64,000 nucleotides of DNA, taken from the NCBI GenBank assembly GCA_030635145.1, contig DAOVZK010000005.1, positions 16,694 through 80,693 on the forward strand, written 5' to 3'. Below are positions 9,856-18,246 of the stretch, piece after piece. The notes beneath the pieces were generated by a model. That model saw only the letters and a list, made by a program, of their open reading frames with translations. It made no database searches and was not told where the DNA came from. The translations under genes were made by a program, and so were the position numbers. This DNA is from Planctomycetota bacterium. Lineage in GTDB: Bacteria; Planctomycetota; Phycisphaerae; SM23-33. Position 1 is the stretch's first letter; every line of letters starts with the position of its first letter.

Positions 9856-10644
9856 ATGTTCGTAATTGGAGAATGCATTAACGGAACGACTCCTGCTGTT
9901 AAGGAAGCGATTCAAAACAAGGACGCCGAGTTCTTTCGCGATCTTACGCGCCGACAAGAAGCCGCCGGTGCCAGCGCCATCGACGTAAACGTAGGCCCAG
10001 CTGTCAGCGACCGCAAGGCAGGACTGCTGTGGTTAGTCGAGGTCGTCCGCAGCGTTACCGATTTGCCGCTGTCGATCGACACGGCAAAATGGGACATCAT
10101 GAAAGAAGTCGTCCCGCAGGTTCCGGGTGAGATTGTAATCAATTCCACGAAGGCAGACCCCGAGCTGGTGAGTGACTACGTGGGGTTGGCTGTCGAGCAT
10201 AATGCACGGCTGATCGGGCTTACAATCGACGCCGACGGTGTGCCGAGCACGACGGAAAAACGCGTCGAGCTTGGTGCGCAGATTGTGGCGATGGCGATGG
10301 AAGGGGGGCTGGACATTGACCGCCTCTACATAGATACGATTATCCTGCCGGTGAATGTTTCGCCAAAAACTCCGCTGGTGTGCCTGTCGGCCATCTCGCA
10401 GATACGAATGTTTTCGGATCCGTCCCCGCACATGGTTTTAGGGTTGTCGAACGTTTCGCAGCGATGCAACAATCGCGGGTTGATCAACAGCACTTACCTG
10501 GCGATGGCGATGGGGCACGGCCTCGACGCGGCCATCATGGATCCGCTGGATACGGAACTCATGAACACCGTGATTACCGGCGACCTGCTGAAAGAAAAGA
10601 TGATCTATTGCGATTCGTATCTCGAAGCAGCGAGGGGCAGCTAA
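9856..10644 (+). CDS. acsE: Methyltetrahydrofolate:corrinoid/iron-sulfur protein methyltransferase AcsE
   Basis: 262 aa with a pterin-binding DHPS-like fold; MFVIGECINGT and DVNVGP motifs match MeTr. Confidence 0.85.
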   Translation: MFVIGECINGTTPAVKEAIQNKDAEFFRDLTRRQEAAGASAIDVNVGPAVSDRKAGLLWLVEVVRSVTDLPLSIDTAKWDIMKEVVPQVPGEIVINSTKADPELVSDYVGLAVEHNARLIGLTIDADGVPSTTEKRVELGAQIVAMAMEGGLDIDRLYIDTIILPVNVSPKTPLVCLSAISQIRMFSDPSPHMVLGLSNVSQRCNNRGLINSTYLAMAMGHGLDAAIMDPLDTELMNTVITGDLLKEKMIYCDSYLEAARGS

Positions 10645-10645
10645 G

Positions 10646-11275
10646 TTGCAACGCGACCCGCGAATTTCAATTCCCCCGTCACAAAACAACTACGCCGACG
10701 CGGTGCAGCACGCCGTTGCGCATTTGGGCGCTCAGGGTAGCTCTCAGCTGGAACTGTTGGGGGCCAAACCCAACGGAAATTTGTGGCAGCTGCCCGTCCT
10801 GAACGACACGTTTGATGTCGACACAAAAACCGGATGCGTGGGGGCAAGTTCGGGGCAGCCTGTGGGGTTGCCGTGGAGGATACTTACGTTGCATTATCTC
10901 GCAGTTCGCGGGAATGTCGAAAAGCAAATCCCGTCGGTAGGGTTTGCGGATATTTCGGCTGGGCGGAGTTATGCGGGGGTTTACAAAGCTCGCGTGATTT
11001 CGCGATTGTGTGCAACAGTCGGCCGCACCGCCGAAACCCTGTGCTCCGCCGCTGACAATATTGGTGGGGTTGCGATCGAAGATTCAGACCTCGGATACGA
11101 CTTTGATATTTTTCCGCAAATCACCCTTCGCCTGCTATGGTACGCCCCGGACGACGAGTTTCCGGCGTCTGCGTCGCTTTTATTGCCGAAAAATATTTTG
11201 TCATTTTTCAGCGTGGAGGATACAGTTGTACTTTCGGAATCGTTGATCGCCCGATTGTCGGGTAAAGATTTTTGA
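10646..11275 (+). CDS. Conserved hypothetical protein in the acs operon (possibly DUF3786-like)
   Basis: 209-aa ORF with a TTG start 1 nt after the acsE stop. No recognisable catalytic motif; its operon position is the only functional clue. Confidence 0.45.
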   Translation: MQRDPRISIPPSQNNYADAVQHAVAHLGAQGSSQLELLGAKPNGNLWQLPVLNDTFDVDTKTGCVGASSGQPVGLPWRILTLHYLAVRGNVEKQIPSVGFADISAGRSYAGVYKARVISRLCATVGRTAETLCSAADNIGGVAIEDSDLGYDFDIFPQITLRLLWYAPDDEFPASASLLLPKNILSFFSVEDTVVLSESLIARLSGKDF

Positions 11276-11313
11276 GCGAAACTTTCAACTGTGCTCAGTT
11301 ACAGGATAAATGT

Positions 11314-12408
11314 ATGAAACCTTTATTTATAGCCGGTACCCAGAGAGATGTAGGAAAAACCACACTTTCGGTGGGGTTGTTGCGGGCATTTCAGGATCGT
11401 GGCCTACGCGTTGCCTACGCCAAGCCGCTCGGGCAGCGAATCAATACGATTGAAGGGCAGGAATTGCACGACGATGCACTGGTAGTGTCGAAAATTATCG
11501 GGCAGGAGAAATCCGAACAAGCTGCGATGGTCATCGGGCTTGGTAAAGGCCGCGTCGAAAAAGAAATCTTCGACATGAAAACTCCGCAGCTCGTCGAAAA
11601 AGTGCGGAAGTTATGTGCCCGGTTAGAGCAGGAATATGACGCCGTTATCATTGAAGGAATGGGCCACGTCGCCATGGGGTCTTGCCTCGGACTTTCCTGT
11701 GCCGACACCGCCCGCGTCGCCGGTGCCAAGGCGCTGCTGGTTTCACCCGGTGGTATCGGAAGTACGATCGACGAAATTGCGCTGTGCTCGACGTTTATCA
11801 AGTCTCGCGGTGTGGAATTTCTCGGTGCCATCATCAACAAGGTGTGGGCAGAAAAATACGACCGGATCGATGCCGCCACCCGCAAGGGCCTGGACAACAT
11901 TGGAATCACGTCGTTCGGTACGGTTCCGTATGACGAGTCGATGGCGTGTCCGACGATGCGGCAGGTTGTGGAACTGATGGGCGGTGAGCTGGTTGCGGGC
12001 AAGGATCATCTGGATAACGTCGTGAAAAATACCATCGTTGCGGCGATGGAGGCACGCCATATGATTCGATACCTCAAGGAGGGCACGCTCATGATAACCC
12101 CCGGCGACCGGGCCGACAACGTGCTGGCTGCGATGGGCGCGAATCAGCTTGGGGATGCCTGCTCTCCTACGCTGTCGGGCTTGCTGCTTACGGGCGGTTT
12201 TCGCCCGGATGGCGTGTGTATGCGACTGATAAAAGAGTCCAATCTCCCCGTGATTCTCGTTAAAGGTGACACCTACGCCGCCGCCAGCCGCTTCCGTCAA
12301 AAAACGTTCAAAATCGAACCGTCCGACGAAGAAAAAATCGCCTCGGCTGTCGAACTCGTCGCCAAATACGTTGACGTCGACACCATCTTAAAAAGTCTTG
12401 CTGAATAG
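11314..12408 (+). CDS. Stand-alone phosphotransacetylase-N-terminal-like protein: BioD/CobQ-type AAA P-loop domain plus DRTGG domain, with no PTA_PTB catalytic domain
   Basis: MKPLFIAGTQRDVGKTT P-loop at the N-terminus; LMITPGDRADNVLAA matches the DRTGG motif. An alternative TTG start at 11272 overlaps the upstream stop (TTGA). Confidence 0.7.
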   Translation: MKPLFIAGTQRDVGKTTLSVGLLRAFQDRGLRVAYAKPLGQRINTIEGQELHDDALVVSKIIGQEKSEQAAMVIGLGKGRVEKEIFDMKTPQLVEKVRKLCARLEQEYDAVIIEGMGHVAMGSCLGLSCADTARVAGAKALLVSPGGIGSTIDEIALCSTFIKSRGVEFLGAIINKVWAEKYDRIDAATRKGLDNIGITSFGTVPYDESMACPTMRQVVELMGGELVAGKDHLDNVVKNTIVAAMEARHMIRYLKEGTLMITPGDRADNVLAAMGANQLGDACSPTLSGLLLTGGFRPDGVCMRLIKESNLPVILVKGDTYAAASRFRQKTFKIEPSDEEKIASAVELVAKYVDVDTILKSLAE

Positions 12409-12507
12409 CATCTTCCGCGTATCGCACTCATATCTCTAACAGGGGGGGGTAAAATGTCTCTGAATACGTGTTTTTGTAAAATTTTGTGAAGTTTTTCCCT
12501 CTATTTC

Positions 12508-12535
12508 TTGACATCTCGCCTACAGCCTGTATTAT
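12508..12535 (+). promoter_or_regulatory. Candidate sigma70-type promoter TTGACA-N16-TATTAT upstream of the FNT gene
   Basis: ttgacatctcgcctacagcctgtattat. It is followed by a tandem AACCTTAA(A)CTT repeat at 12538-12561 in the leader. Confidence 0.4.
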
Positions 12536-12579
12536 CTCCAACCTTAAACTTTAACCTTAACTTGTCAGGAGACAAAAAA

Positions 12580-13422
12580 ATGCCCAGTGTAAATTCATAT
12601 CACCCGAGTCTGAGTCACAAAGACGCAACCAAAACGATTGCCAAGCTGGGGGTCGATAAGGTCAAGCCCAAAGCTTGGCAGCTATTCCTGTTGGGAATTT
12701 TGGCTGGGTTGTACATTGGTTTTGGCGGGCAGCTGTTTATGGTTACCGTAGCTGCCGGAGCTGGTACTATACTGGCAGGGCTTGCTAAGGTTTTTGGTGC
12801 GATGCTGTTTAGCGTTGGACTTATTCTGGTCGTCGTTGCCGGAGCAGAACTGTTTACTGGTAACGTTGCAATTATTATCGGTGTCATGGGTGGTATTGTC
12901 ACCAAACGCCGTATGCTGAAAAACTGGGTTGTCGTTTACATCGGTAACTTTGTGGGATCGGTTATTTTTGCAGTGTTAATGGCCAAATCCGGGTTGTTTG
13001 GAGGCACTGATGCTCTCAATGCCCTGGGTGAGCTTGCAAGTAAAATTGCCGCTGCGAAAATCAGCATACCGTTCTGGGAGGCGTTTATCAGGGGCATTTT
13101 CTGTAACATGCTTGTTATCCTGGCGATTGTTATGGCGATTATATCGAAGGATGTTATTTCCAAAATCTTCTGCATCGTTTTCCCCATCACCTGCTTTGTA
13201 GCCTGCGGGTTCGAGCACTGCGTCGCCAATATGTACCTCATTACGGTTGGTATGCTGGTTGACGGAACACCACTCTGGGAAACTTATCCCATGTTTACCA
13301 ATCTGATTCCGGTAACACTGGGTAATATCGCTGGTGGGCTGGCGATTTTGCTGATTCACCCTAACAGAATCAGGCAGATCAGCGTCCTGCTGAAAAAGAC
13401 CCACAACGCTAACGCGAAATAG
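12580..13422 (+). CDS. Formate/nitrite transporter (FNT) family channel, FocA-like
   Basis: Six-TM FNT fold with the conserved FCIVFPITCFVACGFEHCVANM region. A GGAGA RBS precedes the ATG at 12580. Confidence 0.85.
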   Translation: MPSVNSYHPSLSHKDATKTIAKLGVDKVKPKAWQLFLLGILAGLYIGFGGQLFMVTVAAGAGTILAGLAKVFGAMLFSVGLILVVVAGAELFTGNVAIIIGVMGGIVTKRRMLKNWVVVYIGNFVGSVIFAVLMAKSGLFGGTDALNALGELASKIAAAKISIPFWEAFIRGIFCNMLVILAIVMAIISKDVISKIFCIVFPITCFVACGFEHCVANMYLITVGMLVDGTPLWETYPMFTNLIPVTLGNIAGGLAILLIHPNRIRQISVLLKKTHNANAK

Positions 13423-13450
13423 ACGCGCGAGTAACATAAGTAGATTATGC

Positions 13451-13486
13451 AGCGGGTGCGATTTTGCCCCGCTGCTTTTTTTTGCG
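13451..13486 (+). terminator. Rho-independent terminator after the FNT gene
   Basis: gcagcgggtgcgattttgccccgctgc stem-loop followed by tttttttt. Confidence 0.6.
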
Positions 13487-13512
13487 CAGATCCACCCGGT
13501 CTGATGAAACCG

Positions 13513-14382
13513 CTATCGCCGTTTGTTGTTATGATGTCTCGTGCGGGTGTAGTCGTCGTTGTCGTATGCCCCGTCGTGGGGTTTGGTTCCATCGACGCGG
13601 ATAAGTTCGCAGGCGGTGGCTTTTTTTGTGATGGTGTCGACTGTCGTAAGCAGGGCGTACATTCGGGGTGAACCGTCGGCCATATCGAATTTTTGGGGCA
13701 TTCCGGTCGACATGAATTTCAGCACGCGATCTTTTCGCCGCCCCAGCACGCTGTCGTACGGCCCCGTCATCCCAACGTCCGAAATAAACGCCGTGCCCCC
13801 ATCCAGCACCTCGCAGTCGGCTGTCGGTACATGCGTATGCGTGCCGAAGACAATCGACGCTCGGGAGTTACAGTACCAACCCATGCCGATTTTTTCGCTT
13901 GTGACTTCGGCGTGCATGTCGATGATGCTGATGACATCGCTGGGAATTTGCGCAAGGAAAGTATCCACAGCTTCCCACGGTGAGTTGCTGTTGCCCATAT
14001 TCACCTGCCCCAGCACGCAGGTCACGGCTACTTGCGCATTGCCGCTTTTCGTTGGCAAAATCGTCGATCCACGCCCAGCTGACGACTTGGGAAGATTCGC
14101 CGGGCGTACCAAGCGGTCGGATGAGTCGAGAACCGGAAAGATGTCCGACTTGCGATAGCAGTGATCGCCCAGCGTAACAACATCGACGCCGTAATTGATG
14201 ATCTTTTCGTAGATCGTTGGGGTTAGCCCGCTGCCACCGGCGGCGTTTTCGGCGTTGCAGACGACGAAATCGATATTTTTTGACTCGATCAGGGGTTTGA
14301 GATGCTCGGCGAGCACATTCCGCCCAGCCTTGCCGACAACATCACCAATACACAAAATATTAATAAGCATGTAGTGTTTCAC
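13513..14382 (-). CDS. YmdB-like metallophosphoesterase (2',3'-cyclic-nucleotide phosphodiesterase family, TIGR00282-type)
   Basis: ILCIGDVVGKAGR, NAENAAGG, GDHCY and GTHTHVPT motifs typical of YmdB. Confidence 0.8.
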   Translation of the reverse strand: MKHYMLINILCIGDVVGKAGRNVLAEHLKPLIESKNIDFVVCNAENAAGGSGLTPTIYEKIINYGVDVVTLGDHCYRKSDIFPVLDSSDRLVRPANLPKSSAGRGSTILPTKSGNAQVAVTCVLGQVNMGNSNSPWEAVDTFLAQIPSDVISIIDMHAEVTSEKIGMGWYCNSRASIVFGTHTHVPTADCEVLDGGTAFISDVGMTGPYDSVLGRRKDRVLKFMSTGMPQKFDMADGSPRMYALLTTVDTITKKATACELIRVDGTKPHDGAYDNDDYTRTRHHNNKRR

Positions 14383-14607
14383 TTTCTAGTGTTTACCCAC
14401 AACGGGTAACCGAGAGATTATAACACCACGCACGGGGCGAATTCCAGAACAACAAACGCAGCTGTGAGCAAATAATTCCCACAAATTCTCACTTGGCGTT
14501 GCAATATGGAAATCCGATGGTATAGAATACCCATAGTGGTTCCTGAAAATAGTTGTAGCTACTGCGGTGCGGATATTGTCCGGTTTCGCGGTATTCACGG
14601 AGAATTA

Positions 14608-14967
14608 ATGATGATTCAATGCAGCGAGTGCGAGTTTTTTAAACGTGGTGAAAACGGCGAGGTCGGGTTTGGTTGTGATCCGTTCAGCAATGTCAAGGAA
14701 CCCGAGTGCCTGGTCAAATGGCAGCTGATTAAAATCAATCAGATGGTCGCGGGGTATCAGGCGACTATGAAGTACAACGAGAAAATGGCTCCGCTTCAGG
14801 AAAAGGTATTCAACATGATGGAGCGAGAAATCGACGCTATAGACGAGACCGAAAAATGGAAAAGCGACGACGACGATGATGAATTTGATATTCTGGAAGA
14901 TTCTGGTGGCGACGATGACGATGGGGATGGCGATGGGGAATATGAGGACTGGCGAACCTCGCTGTAA
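14608..14967 (+). CDS. Small Cys-rich zinc-ribbon-like protein with a poly-Asp/Gly acidic C-terminal tail
   Basis: MMIQCSECEFF...C..C with a GGAGA RBS; the tail is DDDDDEFDILEDSGGDDDDGDGDGEYEDW. Confidence 0.45.
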   Translation: MMIQCSECEFFKRGENGEVGFGCDPFSNVKEPECLVKWQLIKINQMVAGYQATMKYNEKMAPLQEKVFNMMEREIDAIDETEKWKSDDDDDEFDILEDSGGDDDDGDGDGEYEDWRTSL

Positions 14968-15338
14968 TTGCAGCCAATCGATCCCGTAGGTTCTGCACAA
15001 ATGCTCGAAATTCACCGAGCGACAGCCCAAATGCGTGTGTTTCGAGAATAACCCTCGGGAAATGCAGGTGTTGTGAGTATTTTTAAAAAGATTCCAAAAG
15101 ATAAAAAATATCTTTTTTTTGCGTCCGATATGATAGGACAAGGGTTTCAAATATGAAGCAGATTTGGTGATGCGTACAGCTAAATCTGCTTTTGTTGACC
15201 ATATGATACCGTATAATGTACGGCCCTGAGTGCCGTGATGGTTACTGTTTGTTTTTGAGTTTTTGCGAGATTCATATTTCGGTAGAACCGAGTTTGGAGT
15301 ATCGAGTGAAGTTTTGTTTTGGATTGAATGCCTGTGGT

Positions 15339-18011
15339 ATGAAGCGGGTTGCGGGTAAGGCCCGCATGAGCGTACTGCTTTTGGGACTGATTGCCGGGTT
15401 ATGCACCATGCTGTTTGTCGGTTCGGCTTTGCAGGGTGATCCACCTACTACTCAACCAGCGATAACCACCGAACCTGCGTCTACGGTTTTAAGTGACGAG
15501 CAAAAAGCCGCCGACCTCTGTGATGCCGGGCTAAACGACGCCATTGCAGGGCGATTCACCGAAGCGATTCAAAAACTGAACAAGGCGCAAAAGCTCGACC
15601 CGGAGAATATGATTTCCGCTCATGCGTTAGGGCTTCTGAAGTCTTACACCGGGCGACAGGCGGAAATGCAGGCAGAACGCAAGGATGAGTACCAGTATGA
15701 AGTTAACCGGGTGAGTTATGCGTTTTTGGCCCAGGATTATGCAGAGGCCCTCAAGGCGCAGCCGTACTACAAAGAGTTTTCGATCCAGGTTCGCAAGAAT
15801 CTCCAGCAATTCTACAAGGCCATTGGCACAGCCCGAGGTTTCGAAGAAAGCACTTCAGTTACCGCCGCTGAAATGAAACACACCAGCATCAAAGAAATCG
15901 ATAAATGCGTGGCGGCTTTAAAAGCGGGTGTCGAGTTGCTGAAAGATAACAAAAGCGATTTCGCCGACGAATTCCGCCGCGAAGCCAAAATTCTCGACAA
16001 GTACTTCAAAGACTATCGCAGCATTTGGTCGCAGGTTGATCCCAAAACGACAAGAACTCGCTGGGAAGGTGCATGGAAACTTCGCAAAATCGAAAACGAC
16101 CTGCTGGATAAGCTCGCCGACGTGGAAACGCTGGCAGCCCGCAAACCCTGGAAAATCGCGATCTATCATGGGCGGTTGGCAAAGGAAATTGCACCAGAGG
16201 GTATCGACGTCGGGAAGCAAAAATGGTACCAGAAACTTCTTGCCGATGCGGAAACGCGTGGCAAAACAGCCATCGAAAACGCAAAGTGGTACGATGCACT
16301 CAGTGCCTACTACTCGCTGACGGAACTCGAGCCCGACAACAAAAATTTCGATGACCAGTACACCAAAGTCCGCCGCCACGTACGCGTTTTGCAACTATAC
16401 GGAAACGGCGATGACACGGACACCGATGAGGACGCCGATGTTTTAAGCGCCGACGAGCTTCAAGAGGATATCGTCGAGAAAAAGGACGATTCACCCTGGA
16501 AGGAGATCGTCCGCGGGGTCGACTCGAAAATGGTAACGTCGGCCATTAGAAAACTGGGTAGCAGCTACGTCAAGTCGGTGGACTACCGTAAACTTATCCG
16601 CGGTGCGCTGAACAGTATCGAGGTGCTGGCCAATACACCGCAGGCTGAAAAATCGTTCCCTGGATTGAAAGACGAGAAAAAACGCAAAGCCTTCCTCGCA
16701 GCCATCGCTCATGAGCTGCAGCAGATGAAAAAGCCCGACAGAATCGACCATCGGCATTTGCAGATGGCGCTTGAAGCGGTGAACTTAAGCTCTGAGTCGA
16801 CGGTGGAAATTCCTCTGAGCGTAATCGCCGTTGAATTTGCTGACGGTTTTCTTGGCGAGCTTGATCAGTTCAGCAGCATGATCTGGCCGTACGATGTGAC
16901 TAAATTTTATAAGTCCACCATGGGCGAGTTTACCGGTATTGGCGTCCAGATCAGCAAAGGCCGTGACAAATATCTCAAGGTTGTCTCCCCGCTGCTTGGG
17001 ACCCCGGCCTATAAGGCTGGTATGAAGGCCGGCGACGTTATCCTGAAAGTCCGCGACACCGAAGGTAACGACGTCGACACCCGTGAGCACAGTATCGACG
17101 CGCTCGTTAGGCTCATAATGGGCCCGCCAAACACGTTTGCGTATCTCACCATCAAACGCCGCGGAATTTCCGAGCCCTTCGTGCTGGAAGTCAAACGCAA
17201 AAAAGTGCTGATTCGCACAGTTAACGGCTGGGAGCGTGGCGAGGATGGCCAGTGGGCGTATATACTCGACGACGCCCACAAAATCGGCTATATCCGAATC
17301 AAGCAGTTTTCGGACATCACGCATAAAACCCTGAAGCAGGCATTGAAGCAAATGAAAGCCCAGGGCGTTATGTCGCTCGTGCTGGATTTGCGGTCGAATC
17401 CCGGTGGGTTGCTGCGAAGTGCCGCCGACGTTGCCGACGAATTTACGAAGCAGAAACGTCGCATCGTTTCAACGCGAGGCCGGCAGACGGCGAGAAGACC
17501 AATCAAGTCGCGCCGCCGCGGTTCTTACACCGAAGGTGACGGCGACCTCGTCGTACTGATCGACCAGAACTCCGCCAGCGCCGCCGAAATTCTCTCCGGT
17601 GCCCTGAAAGACTGGAATCGCGGATTGATCATCGGGCAACGATCGTTCGGTAAGGGTAGCGTGCAAAACGTTATTCCCGTGCGGAATGAAGCTGCGTTTT
17701 TGAAGCTCACGACGTCGTACTACTACCTCCCCAACGGAAATTGCCTCCACCGCGAAAAAAACGCCAAAGACTGGGGCGTCAATCCCCATATTTCGGTGTT
17801 TATGACGCCGAAACAATCACGAAGATGGATGTTGATTCGCGGGCGAACCGAATTGCTGCAGGAAGTTGTTCCCGACCTCTACGCCGCCGATCTGAAAAAG
17901 CAATACAACGCCGACCTTCAGCTCAACACTGCGGTACTCGTGCTGGAGCTTATGAAACTTCGCGACGAAGCAGAAACCGCGAAGAAAAAATGGGTCGCGA
18001 AAAAAAGCTAG
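15339..18011 (+). CDS. S41-family C-terminal processing peptidase (PDZ plus peptidase S41) with a long N-terminal TPR-like extension; secreted
   Basis: Signal peptide MKRVAGKARMSVLLLGL, a PDZ region, and S41 motifs VLDLRSNPGG ... LIDQNSASAAEI ... GQRSFGKGSVQ. Confidence 0.8.
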   Translation: MKRVAGKARMSVLLLGLIAGLCTMLFVGSALQGDPPTTQPAITTEPASTVLSDEQKAADLCDAGLNDAIAGRFTEAIQKLNKAQKLDPENMISAHALGLLKSYTGRQAEMQAERKDEYQYEVNRVSYAFLAQDYAEALKAQPYYKEFSIQVRKNLQQFYKAIGTARGFEESTSVTAAEMKHTSIKEIDKCVAALKAGVELLKDNKSDFADEFRREAKILDKYFKDYRSIWSQVDPKTTRTRWEGAWKLRKIENDLLDKLADVETLAARKPWKIAIYHGRLAKEIAPEGIDVGKQKWYQKLLADAETRGKTAIENAKWYDALSAYYSLTELEPDNKNFDDQYTKVRRHVRVLQLYGNGDDTDTDEDADVLSADELQEDIVEKKDDSPWKEIVRGVDSKMVTSAIRKLGSSYVKSVDYRKLIRGALNSIEVLANTPQAEKSFPGLKDEKKRKAFLAAIAHELQQMKKPDRIDHRHLQMALEAVNLSSESTVEIPLSVIAVEFADGFLGELDQFSSMIWPYDVTKFYKSTMGEFTGIGVQISKGRDKYLKVVSPLLGTPAYKAGMKAGDVILKVRDTEGNDVDTREHSIDALVRLIMGPPNTFAYLTIKRRGISEPFVLEVKRKKVLIRTVNGWERGEDGQWAYILDDAHKIGYIRIKQFSDITHKTLKQALKQMKAQGVMSLVLDLRSNPGGLLRSAADVADEFTKQKRRIVSTRGRQTARRPIKSRRRGSYTEGDGDLVVLIDQNSASAAEILSGALKDWNRGLIIGQRSFGKGSVQNVIPVRNEAAFLKLTTSYYYLPNGNCLHREKNAKDWGVNPHISVFMTPKQSRRWMLIRGRTELLQEVVPDLYAADLKKQYNADLQLNTAVLVLELMKLRDEAETAKKKWVAKKS

Positions 18012-18057
18012 GCCGTTAAGTTCGCCAAGTCGAAATTTCTCATAGCCTGGGATTATC

Positions 18058-18196
18058 TGTCATTGCGAGGAGCGTAGCGACGCGGCAATCTAAACGGCGG
18101 TGGTAAATAACTCCCCGCGGAGTGGGCGATGTGACCGTAGCCGATTATTGCTTCCGCTGCGAGTGGCGAGATTGCTTCGCTACGCTCGCAATGACA
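18058..18196. repeat. Palindromic 'TGTCATTGCGAG...' repeat element, copy A (two inverted arms around a roughly 70-nt spacer)
   Basis: Arm 18058-18097 and its imperfect reverse complement 18168-18196. The same arms occur inverted at 39231-39306. The element gives rise to the spurious '...RYARND...' ORFs on the track. Confidence 0.6.
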
Positions 18197-18246
18197 CGCG
18201 GGAACAGCCAGTCCCATTATTCGCTGATGATTTTTTCGGTCGTCTA

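Noticed and set aside
15216-15338. N-terminal 41-aa extension of the S41 peptidase ORF (MYGPECRDGYC...)
   Set aside because: The internal ATG at 15339 is followed by a textbook signal peptide, and the extension has no RBS. The upstream candidate promoter TTGACC/TATAAT (15195-15217) was also rejected because the spacer is only 11 nt.
14605-15444. 279-aa minus-strand ORF
   Set aside because: It overlaps the plus-strand Cys-rich gene and the peptidase leader, and no RBS or homology was recognised. It is probably a chance ORF spanning an intergenic region.
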